Assembly (NCBI GenBank): GCA_951406725.2
Contig: OX597826.1
Location: 65,038,001 to 65,102,000 of the forward strand
Source of the DNA: Octopus vulgaris
Lineage: Eukaryota
Direction of reading: 5' to 3'
Length of the DNA: 64,000 nt
Shown here in pieces: positions 1 to 11,889 of this stretch. The notes under the pieces are model-generated. The model was not told the DNA's origin. It did no database searches and saw nothing but the letters and a program-made list of their open reading frames with translations. Every line of letters begins with the position of its first letter. The first letter of the stretch is position 1. The translations under genes and the position numbers were made by a program.

Positions 1-355
1 ACCACACATCGTAAAAAATGGCATTGGCGAAACTACAGGAGTTGGAAGTTCTCCATCATCCACCATACTCACCTGATCTTGCCCCCACTGACCACCACTT
101 CTTCCAGAATTTGGATAATTTTTTGATAGGAAAAAAACTTAATTCTGATGATGCTGTAAAACAGGCCTTCCAAGATTTTATTGACTCTAGATTGCCAGGC
201 TTTTACAGTTCCGGGCTGGACAAGCTACCGCTGATATGGCAAGAGTGTTTTGACAATATGGGTGCATACTTTGATGAATAAAACTATTCCTTGTATTTAT
301 AAAAGATTAGCAAACTTTTTTTCCTTTTCTACAAATTTCATACTTGACGACCTAA
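1..355 (+). mobile_element. Mariner (Tc1/mariner) transposon 3' end: transposase C-terminus and right TIR
   Basis: ORF 18-281 contains LHHPPYSPDLAPTDHHFF (mariner YSPDLAP(S/T)D motif carrying the third catalytic Asp) and ends WQECFDNMGAYFDE, typical of mariner C-termini; followed by ...TTTCATACTTGACGACCTAA|TA, a mariner-like TIR end plus TA target. Confidence 0.88.
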
Positions 356-510
356 TATATATATATAAAGACAGAGGCACATTCGTATAGGTAAGCCATG
401 TGTGTTCCATTAAACCCTTAAGGCGGAGACCCAGCATGGCTGCCGTCCAAAGTAAAAAATAAAATGGCATACGTCATGTCAAAATTAAGGAAGCGAACAC
501 TAGAATGTTC

Positions 511-651
511 TTTCGGTACTACTGAAATACAGAGGTCCCGACGCATCTACATAACCCTAACTAATAGTAAAACAACCCACTAACGAGTGCGCATTGTAAA
601 AACATCGTTACGTAGATGCAGTGGGACCTCTGTATTTAAGTAGTGCCGAAA
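511..651. repeat. Short inverted repeat / MITE-like element (45-bp arms)
   Basis: 511-555 TTTCGGTACTACTGAAATACAGAGGTCCCGACGCATCTACATAAC pairs with the reverse complement of 607-651 with few mismatches. Confidence 0.75.
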
Positions 652-1950
652 AGTATTCATTCATTCTAGATTGTGTACATTTTCTGTGTACCATGGAGAA
701 TAGGCGACATTTCGTTGGAGATGAAAACAATTTGTTCATTCTATTGAAAGGGGTGATTGATTAACTAACATTTTGCATGAGTTTGAACAAGATTTGATAG
801 AACAATCGATACGATATCAACATCACTTTACCATGTTTATAGATAATAAAATACCAAAATGATTACAGCTGAGTTTGAGAATGATGTAGTGAACCGGTAA
901 GATAAGTTTTAAGAAGGAAATAAACCAATCCTTATAAGAATTACTCCCGAGTTTTATGAGATCTGATTAGAAGAATAAAAATAAGATTTGTTTTTATTTC
1001 ATTTGAGAAAATATTACAATAAAAGCCAGAAGAAAAAACAATCCAGAGAAGTAACACAATTTACAAAAGTAAGGAAATGATTTTGAAAAAAACACAGGAA
1101 ATCAGTCAATAAATTAAACAAAATAAAGAGGCATGCACAATTTTTCATTCTGGTTCCCCTTTAAACATTTTGTGTTTCAGATAACTTAAAAGTATATAAA
1201 TGTTAAGCGTAACTACAAGTTATGCTTGTTAACCGTCGATTCATTGTTCCTTTATAAATCTCAGATCATTTATGATATTGCATTATTTCTAGTCTCTCAT
1301 ACGATCAAGGCTTCTTGAATAAAAGCTCATGAAGTCGCTTAACATTTCCTGGATACGTTTAAACTGTATACGAAAAACATTTGTCATGCTGTAAATACCA
1401 GACATTTAAAAACCAGAAATTTACAGATTTTCATAAGTGGTGCATTTATAAACTGGTGCATTTACATTAATCCGTTTTTATCAATTTAAAAAAACAAAAT
1501 TACGAAGTTGCTTAAGTTTAATCAATCCAATTAAATTCAATTGTGACACAAGGAAAAAGTGAATAACAAAAAAACTTACTAAATCGATGCAGTATAGAGT
1601 TCTTTGAGAACTCAGCAATCACCAAATTAAACAAGAAATAATGTGGGTAATAATCTCATTAAATCGATACGAAATATTCAATTCAAAAATAATTTTAGAT
1701 CAAATAAAATCACCAGTTAAAGAAAAATAAACAACGATCGCAGATATTCAAGCAGGAACTAGAAAAAGAATGATGTCAGAACTAGCCGAGGAAAAGAAAA
1801 ATTTTAATCTAAATTCATGCTTTTTAACTATGGAATGGTTATATCTAAAATATTACTTAAATTAAACTCCGGAAAAATATTTCAAAATATTTCAAAAATA
1901 TTATTTTATCGTTTATATTTAATTTTTCTTTGTCGAATTTCGTCTTTATT

Positions 1951-2004
1951 TATACCATAGAAACAAAGCACCTGATTAACTGCGGTATACATTGCAAATA
2001 AACA
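1951..2004 (+). promoter_or_regulatory. Candidate BBS7 proximal promoter: imperfect RFX X-box and forkhead-like motifs
   Basis: TATACC-AT-AGAAAC at 1951-1964 (one good X-box half-site) and GCAAATAAACA at 1994-2004 (RYAAAYA), about 55-105 nt upstream of the ATG of a ciliary gene. Motif match only. Confidence 0.3.
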
Positions 2005-2057
2005 AGTGCTTGACAACGAAAAAGTTATAGTATAAAGAAAATTTTCTAACTTCAAAT

Positions 2058-2093
2058 ATGGATTTGAAACTTACTCGTATTGATTATACCCAG
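2058..2093 (+). CDS. BBS7: BBS7 exon 1 ([12 protein letters not shown])
   Basis: ATG at 2058, donor GTAAAA at 2094; resembles the vertebrate BBS7 N-terminus MDLILNRMDYLQ. Confidence 0.88.
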
Positions 2094-3432
2094 GTAAAAT
2101 TTGACTTAATTGTTAAAATATGCACATTGGATTCTTTACGGTATTTTATTTTCAGTTTGTTATATTATATTCAAAGTAAGTTGAACTAATATATTCAAAT
2201 AAAGGGACATAATCGCCGTCTGGTATCCAAGCTCTTAATTACACGTTTACCTGCGTGATAGCTCTGTGTCAAAGTTAGTTGATACCTGGTTAAATAATAA
2301 TAATAACAGTATTACTAATGCATAATAACATCTACATGCCACTTAGTTATTTATGAGCAAAGACTCAGTCAACTTGTGTGTTCTATTAGAAACGTCTTGA
2401 TTTTTTTGTCATTTGTACAAGGCCATACATTTTGTTTGTTGGTTATTATATATTACATAATAAAGACGGAGACTACGTAGAAACTAATGATGTTTAGCGT
2501 CGGAAAAACAATAATATTGTTATGTCAAACAGTGGGATGTGTTTTCTCCTTATAGCATATACTACTGTTTGAAAAGTTCATAGACGATTACATCTAAGAG
2601 TCTATAAGAGCCTGAGTAGGGATTTAGTCGATACGTTGATCCTTAGATATATGGTTATATCAAGATGTTAGTCTTGTCTTGAATCACATTTAAATGGGCA
2701 TGAAGGATTTGATAAGTATGTTTAGGAAGTTCATTCCTGCGTTATGGTAGACAATTTCTTAGACATAACATGGGACCTGTTGACAGATAAATCTTTACAA
2801 TAAGCCAAATGAAAAGCTCATGTATTTAAATAACAATTCTAACCCATCTACCTCTGTACTTCATGTCGTAATATATTTGCAATTTCGTTCAATAAAAGAA
2901 TTCCAAATATATCTTCAAATTATGTGATAGTTGTAAAGGAGTGTCACTGTCATTCACTGCCAATATTCTGCAAGAACATGTCTGACAATGGGAAATATTA
3001 CCTTGCTCACAAGGGTTGGTGGCAGGAAGGACATCCATCTATAGAAAACCTACCTTGTATATACTTCATCTGACCCTTGCATGCAGAAAAGTGGATGTTA
3101 AATGATGTTGATCATAAAGAGATGTTTGAGAAAACTGCCATTTATTACAATAAGATATTAAAATATCAGAAAAATCAAACATGGAAATTATTTGTTTTTA
3201 TTTCATAACATAATCCGTGAACACTAGCATCATTGGTCACAGGTTTCAAATGAGCTGCATAATCCTGTATTACCTGATTGATTACGCAATTCATGTCCTA
3301 CTTTGCCTGTTGTTTTCACCATCTCAGCAATAATCCTTGGTGATCCAGATGATTTTCTTGCCTTGATATCCTTAATTGTGCTTTCAGCTGTATGACTATC
3401 ACCTTCAATAGCTGGTGTCTCTGTTGAGATAG

Positions 3433-3503
<71 letters not shown>

Positions 3504-6500
3504 TCACATTCTCTACATTCATGAATCATCAACCTCTTGCAGCAAAATTTTCATCTCTCCTTTTCATTAATGTCAGTGATGGTCAGTGTTCTTGAGTTTC
3601 ATACACCCCACCACCACCATTACTAATAACCTGTTGATTCATCCTGATACACTACTTTGTAATCCACAACACCTTATACCTCTGATCCTCTCATCACGTA
3701 TGCCTACCTCTAGCCTCTCTCCTAACAACCTATGACTGTTCCTTGCTCTCCCTCTTTCTTCCAGTCTTTTCCAGTCTTTTCCAGACCTGTCTCTTAGCTT
3801 TTATGGCTCTATTTACTTCACTATTCCATCACTATGCCACCTTCCTATTTCTTTATTACCCACAGGGGGCTAAACATAGAGGGGACAAACAAGGACAGAC
3901 AGAGGGATTAAGTCAATTACATCAACCCCAGTGCGTAACTGGTATTTAATTTATCGACCCCGAAAGGATGAAAGGCAAAGTCAACTTCGGCGGAATTTGA
4001 ACTCAAAACGTAACGGCAGACGAAATACCACTAAGCATTTCGCATGGTGTGCTAACGTTTCTGCCAGCTCACCGCCTTATCACTAATCCACCTTCCATCA
4101 GAGAGAAATTTTGCTTCTTACACATATTTGGTCTTACTTGCAGCAAGTTGTCTTTTAGAAAATTCCAGTTGTCTTTAAGCTTATATCTGTCCAAGGGAAA
4201 GTAATATCCCATGCTAGAAAGTGAACCAAAAACACACATGCACATTTCAGGTTGTATCAAAAGTAATCCATCCTCCTAATAAACAAATACTCCAATACAA
4301 CTACTAACCCTCTGGTATATTATATTCTCCTTTACTCTTTTCTATTTTTACTACTTTTATGTCTGCTTCTCTGAACTTGAGCATTAGTATGACAAGAATG
4401 TTTGGTAGGTTGACATAACAAAAGTCTGCGCTCAAATACAAAGATTTTTATTAATCATTAAGAAAAAAATGTTCCTGCTTCAACTATATCTAGACCTGTT
4501 TGACTCATTTGTCTCTTGTCTTTCTACCACCTCATCATGTGTTTCACTTGTTGATTCCATTCTAAATATTAATCTACATCCTTCTTTGTTAGGCATATAA
4601 GGCCGTTGCCAGCACCGCCCCAACTGGCTTCTGTGCCGGTGGCACATAAAAAGCACCATCCGAACGTGGCCGTTGCCAGCGCCGCCTTGGCTGGCTTCCG
4701 TGCCGGTGGCACGTTAAAAGCTCCAACCGATCGTGGCCGATGCTGGAGACACTTGGCACCTGTGCAGGTGGCACGTAAAAAGCACCCACTACACTCACGG
4801 AGTGGTTGGCGTTAGGAAGGGCATCCAGCTGTAGAAACTCTGCCAGATCAGACTGGAGCCTGGTGCAGCCCCTGGCTTCCCAGACCCCGGTCGAACCGTC
4901 CAACTCGTGCTAGCGCGGAAAACGGACGTTAAACGATGATGATGATGATGATAACACCACTGAAAACTCTTACCTATTTGTGTTTCCCTTCAGTAAATCA
5001 TCTGTAAGACTCAAACTAAATGTTAACAGTGTCAATCTCATCAAAATATCTCCTCTGTCTTGGAAGTCATAAAAGACTTCTGTGCACAACATCAACCTGC
5101 TCAACATGATTTACTGTCCCAGCATCCTCATCTTTTTCACTTTATTTTTTTTTATACCATCTGTTTTTTTATTTTTTAATGAAACAATTAGGCATGGCTT
5201 TTTGGATGCTGACTATTTGGTATGGCTGAATGGACATTTCACCTGTTTTAATGATGGTATGTTTTGGCACTGGAGGCAAACACACACATTATGTGCACAT
5301 AGAAATTTACACATACAGGTAAAGTGAGAGAAAGAAAGAGAGAGACATTATACATACATAAAAACATAACTAGATGCTCACTCATTTAAACAAAGAGAGG
5401 AAGAGAGAGAGAGAGAGAGAGAAGTAGAACAAGAGAAACATTAAAATGCCTGATGTCAAATAAGTCTGTGTCAAATCAGTGAAACCAAATAAGCAGCACC
5501 GAAACAGCTGTGCCAAAACATCTCATGCCATCTATTTTTTGCTTTTTTAAAAAATTTTCATTTATTTTGTAATGATGATGTATTTCTTCTTTCTGTTTTT
5601 ACATGTTTGTCTTTTGTTATCTTTAAACAATTATATTTTAGGTTGGGACCACTTCTCCAAACACCATGAGATTATTACCATTAACTGGAAAGACACAAAA
5701 GGTAAAACAAATTTACCTGATGATTTTTAACTCTTTTGATACCAACCTGCCTGAAACCGCCTCTGGCTCTGTAGTACAAATGTCTTGTTTTCAAAAGTTC
5801 TGAATTAAAATTTCCCACCAAACCTTAGTCACAGTTTATGTTCCTAACACTAACTTAATGATAATGAAGTTATTTTACTAAATTCTTTGTTATGTTTAAA
5901 ATTAATTGAAAGAAACACAGCATCTCAACAGAAATATGGTAACAAAAGGATTAATCCCATTACTAACCCTAAATGTACCTCTTTTTTTTAAAATCTTTAT
6001 ATATTTCTTCCTACAAAATCAAACAGCTACAATCTGGTTTAACAAATATGCTTTTTGTCAGAAAGTAAATTGCAGTCAGGTACAGCTAACCATCACTCCT
6101 GAGTGGTTATGGCTTGGGAAGAAGTACCGTACTTTTCCTTCTTGTTTTAGATACTTGTGCAGTTACAAGTAGACAAGGACACCTTAACCTCTTTAACAAT
6201 GTTTGATATATGTATAGAAGAGATACACAGAAATAATGTCAATTTTCTGAAGATTGTTTAATATTTCTAATTCACACACATATATATACATAAAATATAT
6301 TTTTTTTATTTCAGATTGCAATTGCTGATAATAATGGAGTTGTTCAATGTTTTGGAGTGAAGAAACAAGAAATAATTGTATGTACATTGCTTGGTATTGC
6401 ACAACAGGAATTGTTGGGGGAGCTGCATATGTACATGTGTGCACATGTGCATGTATGTGTGTGTGTTTGCTGTTAGAATCAACTTTATATCCTTTCTTAC

Positions 6501-7380
6501 TGAGATGTTAAAAAAAAACATCACATTAATTCTAAAGTCTACTTTCATTTTCATTAATAATATTTTCTTGTCCTAAAAGCTGTATCAAAATAAATTTGTC
6601 TCTCTTTCTCTCTTTAAGCCTGTATTCAAGACATTGCCTTCCCAGAAAATATCAAGACTTAAACTTGGAGGTGCTCATGAAACCTCAAAAAGTAATATCT
6701 TTGTTGCATGCGGCTCTGAAGTGTGGGGGTTTTCCAAAAAAGGAAAGCAGTTTCTGTTATTCAACACCAATTTGTCAGAGAATATTGAGTCAATGTATGT
6801 ATTTATTTGGATAAAATTATTGTTCTTGTAATGTTTATATAGCCTTTTTGTACATTCTATGTTTTTGTGTAGTTTTTATGCTGATTGTAGCCCTAGTTAT
6901 ATAGCTGTCTTCCATTGTCTGGTGTGGGACTGGGTCTAGTTTATTGCTTTTATTATCTCTTATTTCTATGTTAAGGTTTATAAGGGTCTTCTATTTCATT
7001 GGATCTGGATCAAGGATTTAGTTAGTTATTGGGCATCATCAGAAATTTAGTGGTTTACAGGATTAGGGATAGCTTGTAAATACTATGTGGTGGATTTGTA
7101 ATATATAAGTGTAATTCTTTTCTAATAGGTATGTTGATGGAGCTGATCTTTTTGTATGTGGAAGCTACATATTCACTCATTACCAGGAATGTAATGATAT
7201 AAATAACATATTGTGTGGTGACCGTATAAATGATGTTATTTGTTTACCAAAAACGAAGCAAGAAATGATCACTCCAGTTTTGGCATCTAGAGACCGACTT
7301 CTACTTGTTGTTCAGGTTTGATATATACATATAAACATACACATCTATCTCTATATATGTACATATATACTTATATAATA

Positions 7381-7416
<36 letters not shown>

Positions 7417-10400
7417 TAATAAGGGTAGAAATTGATGTTAATCAATTAAAACCAGTGGCTTAGCATACTTAAAAAATCTGAAGATTAAAAATTGTGATAC
7501 ATACAAAATTTCATGGTAATGGCAATTTGACGTCTATGTTTAGCATATAGGGTGTCCACTTTTGTCGTCATTCTTCTAAATTTTGTATATATATATATCA
7601 GTGGCATGCGGTGACTTCTGAGGTTGGGCATGCAATAAATACTTATTAGTTGAGCGAAATCATTTTGAAATTATTTAACTTAGAGAACACATTTAGTTAC
7701 GTAATATGGCCATGATTTTAGACCATTATGCTGTCAAAGACAAATCAGCTGCTTTATCAGGCTACTTGCCAATTTTGTGAAAATAATTGCCACCCACTCA
7801 AGCAGCCTGTTCTGATACTTATTGAACTCCATAGATTAAGAGATTATGTCTCGTGCACATTGAACATATATGCATATACGTAAACACACACACACAATGA
7901 AAGACAGCGAAAATTCAACATTGTAAAAAGCCCTAAAAACACTAAACAAAAACCTAGTGTCTCTTTTCATTTGTTGTGAATAGCAAAGATGTGATATATT
8001 GCGGCATGCAAGAAAATGAAAAAATCTCAATTACACTTACCTAATGATGAAAGAAAATTTGAAAGAATGTAAAAGAAACTCATTAATACAAAATGATTTA
8101 TACATAAACACACATACACACACATCTTTCAATGTGTGTCTTTATCTTTATGTGTGTATGTTTCAGTCATCTGGATATGTGTATACATATCTGTATACGT
8201 GTATACATATCTGTATACGTGTATACATATAAACAGAAAGAAAACAAAAACTGAAGATTTTCAGATGATGAATATTTAACTCTTTAGTGTTCAGATTACT
8301 CAGTCAGCTGTAATGCATATTTATTCACATCATTTTGAATTAATCCTACATTATTTTGTAGCCTTAAGATTTCGATGATGTAATTGTTTACATTCAAAAT
8401 GACATTTTAGAGCAGGTGTGAGATGCCAGATCTGGCCAGTTTGAACATTAAACATATTTTGACCAGATATGGCTGGTTTAATTGCTAATGGGTTAAGTAT
8501 AAATATATAGATATTGGTATAGTAATAGATCAAATTTACACAGAGTACAAAACAACAGAGAAAATCAAGAACGAAGAAGGTGTTATAAGTCCAATAGCTG
8601 TTTTGGTGGGCTTGGGAATCCATCATAATGTTGGCAGATGTAGTTCACCATATGTGGTGGCAATTATGGTGATGGTAATGATACCACAACCAATAGCAGT
8701 AGTTGCAACAGCAACATCAGCAGAGGCACAATGGCCCAGTGGTTAGGGCAGCGGACTCGCAGTCGTAAGAATGTGGTTTCAATTCCCAGACCGGACATTG
8801 TGAGTGTTTATTGAGCAAAAACACCTAAGCTCCATGGGGCTCCGGTGGGGAGGGGTGGTGGACCCTGCTGTACTCTTTCACCACAACTTTCTCTCACTCT
8901 TTCTTCCTACTTCTGCCACAAAGAAGAGGAACCATGGTGTAACCCACTATGGTGTAGTAAACTTTCAGACCCTAGTCTAGATTGCGAATCCTCTGTACCC
9001 CAGGATGGTTCAGCTATTCACCCGTTAAAAAGCCACCGTTTACGGAATGAGGATAACAACGTAGCTTTTGCGCCCGTGCAACCGCCTGTCTATCACATGT
9101 GGTGGGTGGATCTTCAAGTTGCCACATGCATTCTCAGTAGCTTAGAGTAGGCTCGAATTAGAGATTATTCTTTGTGGCTAATGGTGTGAGTCCTGATTGG
9201 AAGAAGAAGAAGACAGCAACATCAACAATGAGGATGATATGCTCCATAACTTTAAACTGCTGTCATCATCATTGTTGTAGCAGTAGAAGTAGTACTCCAT
9301 CATTCATCCACACTAGCTTTAAACATTCAGTAGAGCATGTAAGACAGTATTTTGTGGCATGATAGACACTGCATCATAGAAGATGCATACTGATTTTAGA
9401 AATGTAATTCTAGGAAAACATTTTTCATACTTATCAAAGCTCCATTCACATGGATGGGCAGTGCTTAGAAGGCACTCACTAAATGCTTATTATCAGGCAA
9501 AACATGCTTAAGGCACTCCTTTTACAGAACAAACCATTTTCATTATGTTAACTCTGAATTTAAGGATTTAAACTAAAGAACCAAAATGATTTTGTAGTTA
9601 ATAGAATGTCATAGAAACATTTAAACAATCAAATTTTTGTAATTTATACCTGTTATATTTCCTGTATCTTCTCTTCTTCAAAATGAATTATATGTTTATT
9701 ATTAGATAAATACTAGAATATTATTTTTTTTATTAATGAAGGATTCCAATATAAAGTACCACATTGAAGTAATTGGATCTCCAACTGTCTTAGAACTCTT
9801 TGAAAACGATGGTGGTAAGTTGTAGTAAAACTAATATTTGCATTTCATTCAGTTTTTTTTCTTTTTTACTGGTTTTTGTAGTTGTTGTTTCTTTTTATCA
9901 AAAATCAATCCACACCATATTTTTACTTTCATATTTTCTGTTTCACAATGCTAAACGAATTGGATGGGACCACTCAGTCACACATCTTTTATATATTTTC
10001 AGGTTCTGAGGGAAATGAAATCATATATGGCACCAGTGATGGCTATATAGGTCATGCCCAACTCCAGAGGTATTCTCAACTTCTTAAAATAGAAATTCTG
10101 CTTTTATTTTTGGTTATTCATTAAAATATTGGTTTAATCAGATTTCATCTGCTACTAATTAGTTCACTAATATTAATTACTCTTATGTAGAAAGAGTTGA
10201 GTCAATGAAAACATTTTTCATAATACAGTAATTCCTTAACTGTCATGGGTGTTACATTCCACCACCCCCACGCGATAGGTGAAAATCTGCGAAGTAGAAA
10301 AAGTACTGTACTTTTTTTTTTTAATTTTTATAATTTGGATTTATTTATTTTGTTATAAATACAAAACAACACCACGAAGGAATTGACATAAGCTTAAATA

Positions 10401-11858
10401 ATAAACCACGATAGGTGAACCGCGATATGGTGAGGGATTACTGTAACAGTTCTGTTAATTAAAAAGTTTTTAAAGAATTTAATTTGATTTATATGCATTA
10501 ATTATGTTCAGTTTGATTCGGGAGACTTTAACTGAAGAACATCTTCTGAAATCCCTGACAACACACATACACACACACATATACATAATATATATGCCAG
10601 CCTCCTCTGGCCCCTGTGCCAGTGGCACGTAAAAAACACCTGCTACACTCACGGATTAGTTGATGTTAAGAAGGACATCCAGCTGTAGAAAAACTGCCAA
10701 ATCAGACTGGAGCTTGGTGCAGCCTCCATGGCTTACCAGACCCCGGTCAAAGCATCCAACCCATGCTAGCATGGAAAATGGACGTTAAATGATGATGATG
10801 ATGATGTGTGTATGTGCACGTCTGTGTGTGTGCACATGTGCAGTGGCCCAGCAACAAAATTTGCTAAGGAGGTGCAAACCCAGGTCCTAATTTTTTAATG
10901 AAAACTGTAGATTTTTCCAATGTTAACATTAAAATAAATGCAGGTATAATAATAATTTTTTATTATTATGAGGGTTGGCTGAAATGGTTATAATCTGAGC
11001 AAGACACTCTCAATGGAATGTGACCAAATGAAGTTCATTTTCTAACATAGTTCCTCTTACTGTCCACACACTTCCATAAGTAGTTGCAGTGCTTGGATCG
11101 CACTAGTGAAGAAGTTTTTCTGTTGATCAAAATGGTCATCAACAACAGATAAGATGTTATCATCATAGTGATACTGGTGCTCAGCTGAGTGTTTTAAATT
11201 TTCTTCTTCCCAAATCTGATATTTTTCTAACTGAAACTATTGTTCAATACAAGATTGATTTCCCATAAATTTTAATGACAATGTTGTTCCAGAGTTTCAA
11301 GTCTTTTTATAGTATGATCAAAATCAAAATCAAATTCAATGACTGGTGTCCGTCCTAGCGGGGTGCCAAGAGCACCATACGAGTGTGATCATTGACAGAG
11401 CGGCTAACCGACTTCTGTGCCAGTGGCACTTATAAGGCACCATTTGAGCGTGATCGTTACCAGTGTCGCCTTACTGGCACTCGAGCCCTGTGCTAGTAGG
11501 GTATTAAGAGCACCATCCAAACATGATCATTGCCAGAGCAGCTATCTGGCCTCCGTGCCGTTGGCACATAAAAGACGCCATTCGAGCGTGATCATTATCA
11601 GCATTGCCTTACTGGCACCTGTGCCGGTGGCATGTGTAAAAGATTCAAGCAAGGTTGTTGCCAGTACCACCTGACTGGCCCCATGCCGGTGGCATGTAAA
11701 AGCACCCACTACACTCTCGGAGTGGTTGGCATTAGGAAGGGCATCCAGCTGTAGAAACTCTGCCAGATCAAGATTGAAACCTGGTGTAGCCATCTGGTTC
11801 GCCAGCCCTCAGTCATTCGTCCAACCCATGCTAGCATGGAAAGCGGACGTTAAACGAA

Positions 11859-11889
<31 letters not shown>

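Noticed and set aside
10232-10240. TTCCTTAAC U12 branch-like motif in BBS7 intron 7
   Set aside because: Lies inside the TIR of a Tigger-type MITE, about 1.8 kb from the acceptor; the intron donor GTATTCTC is not U12 consensus.
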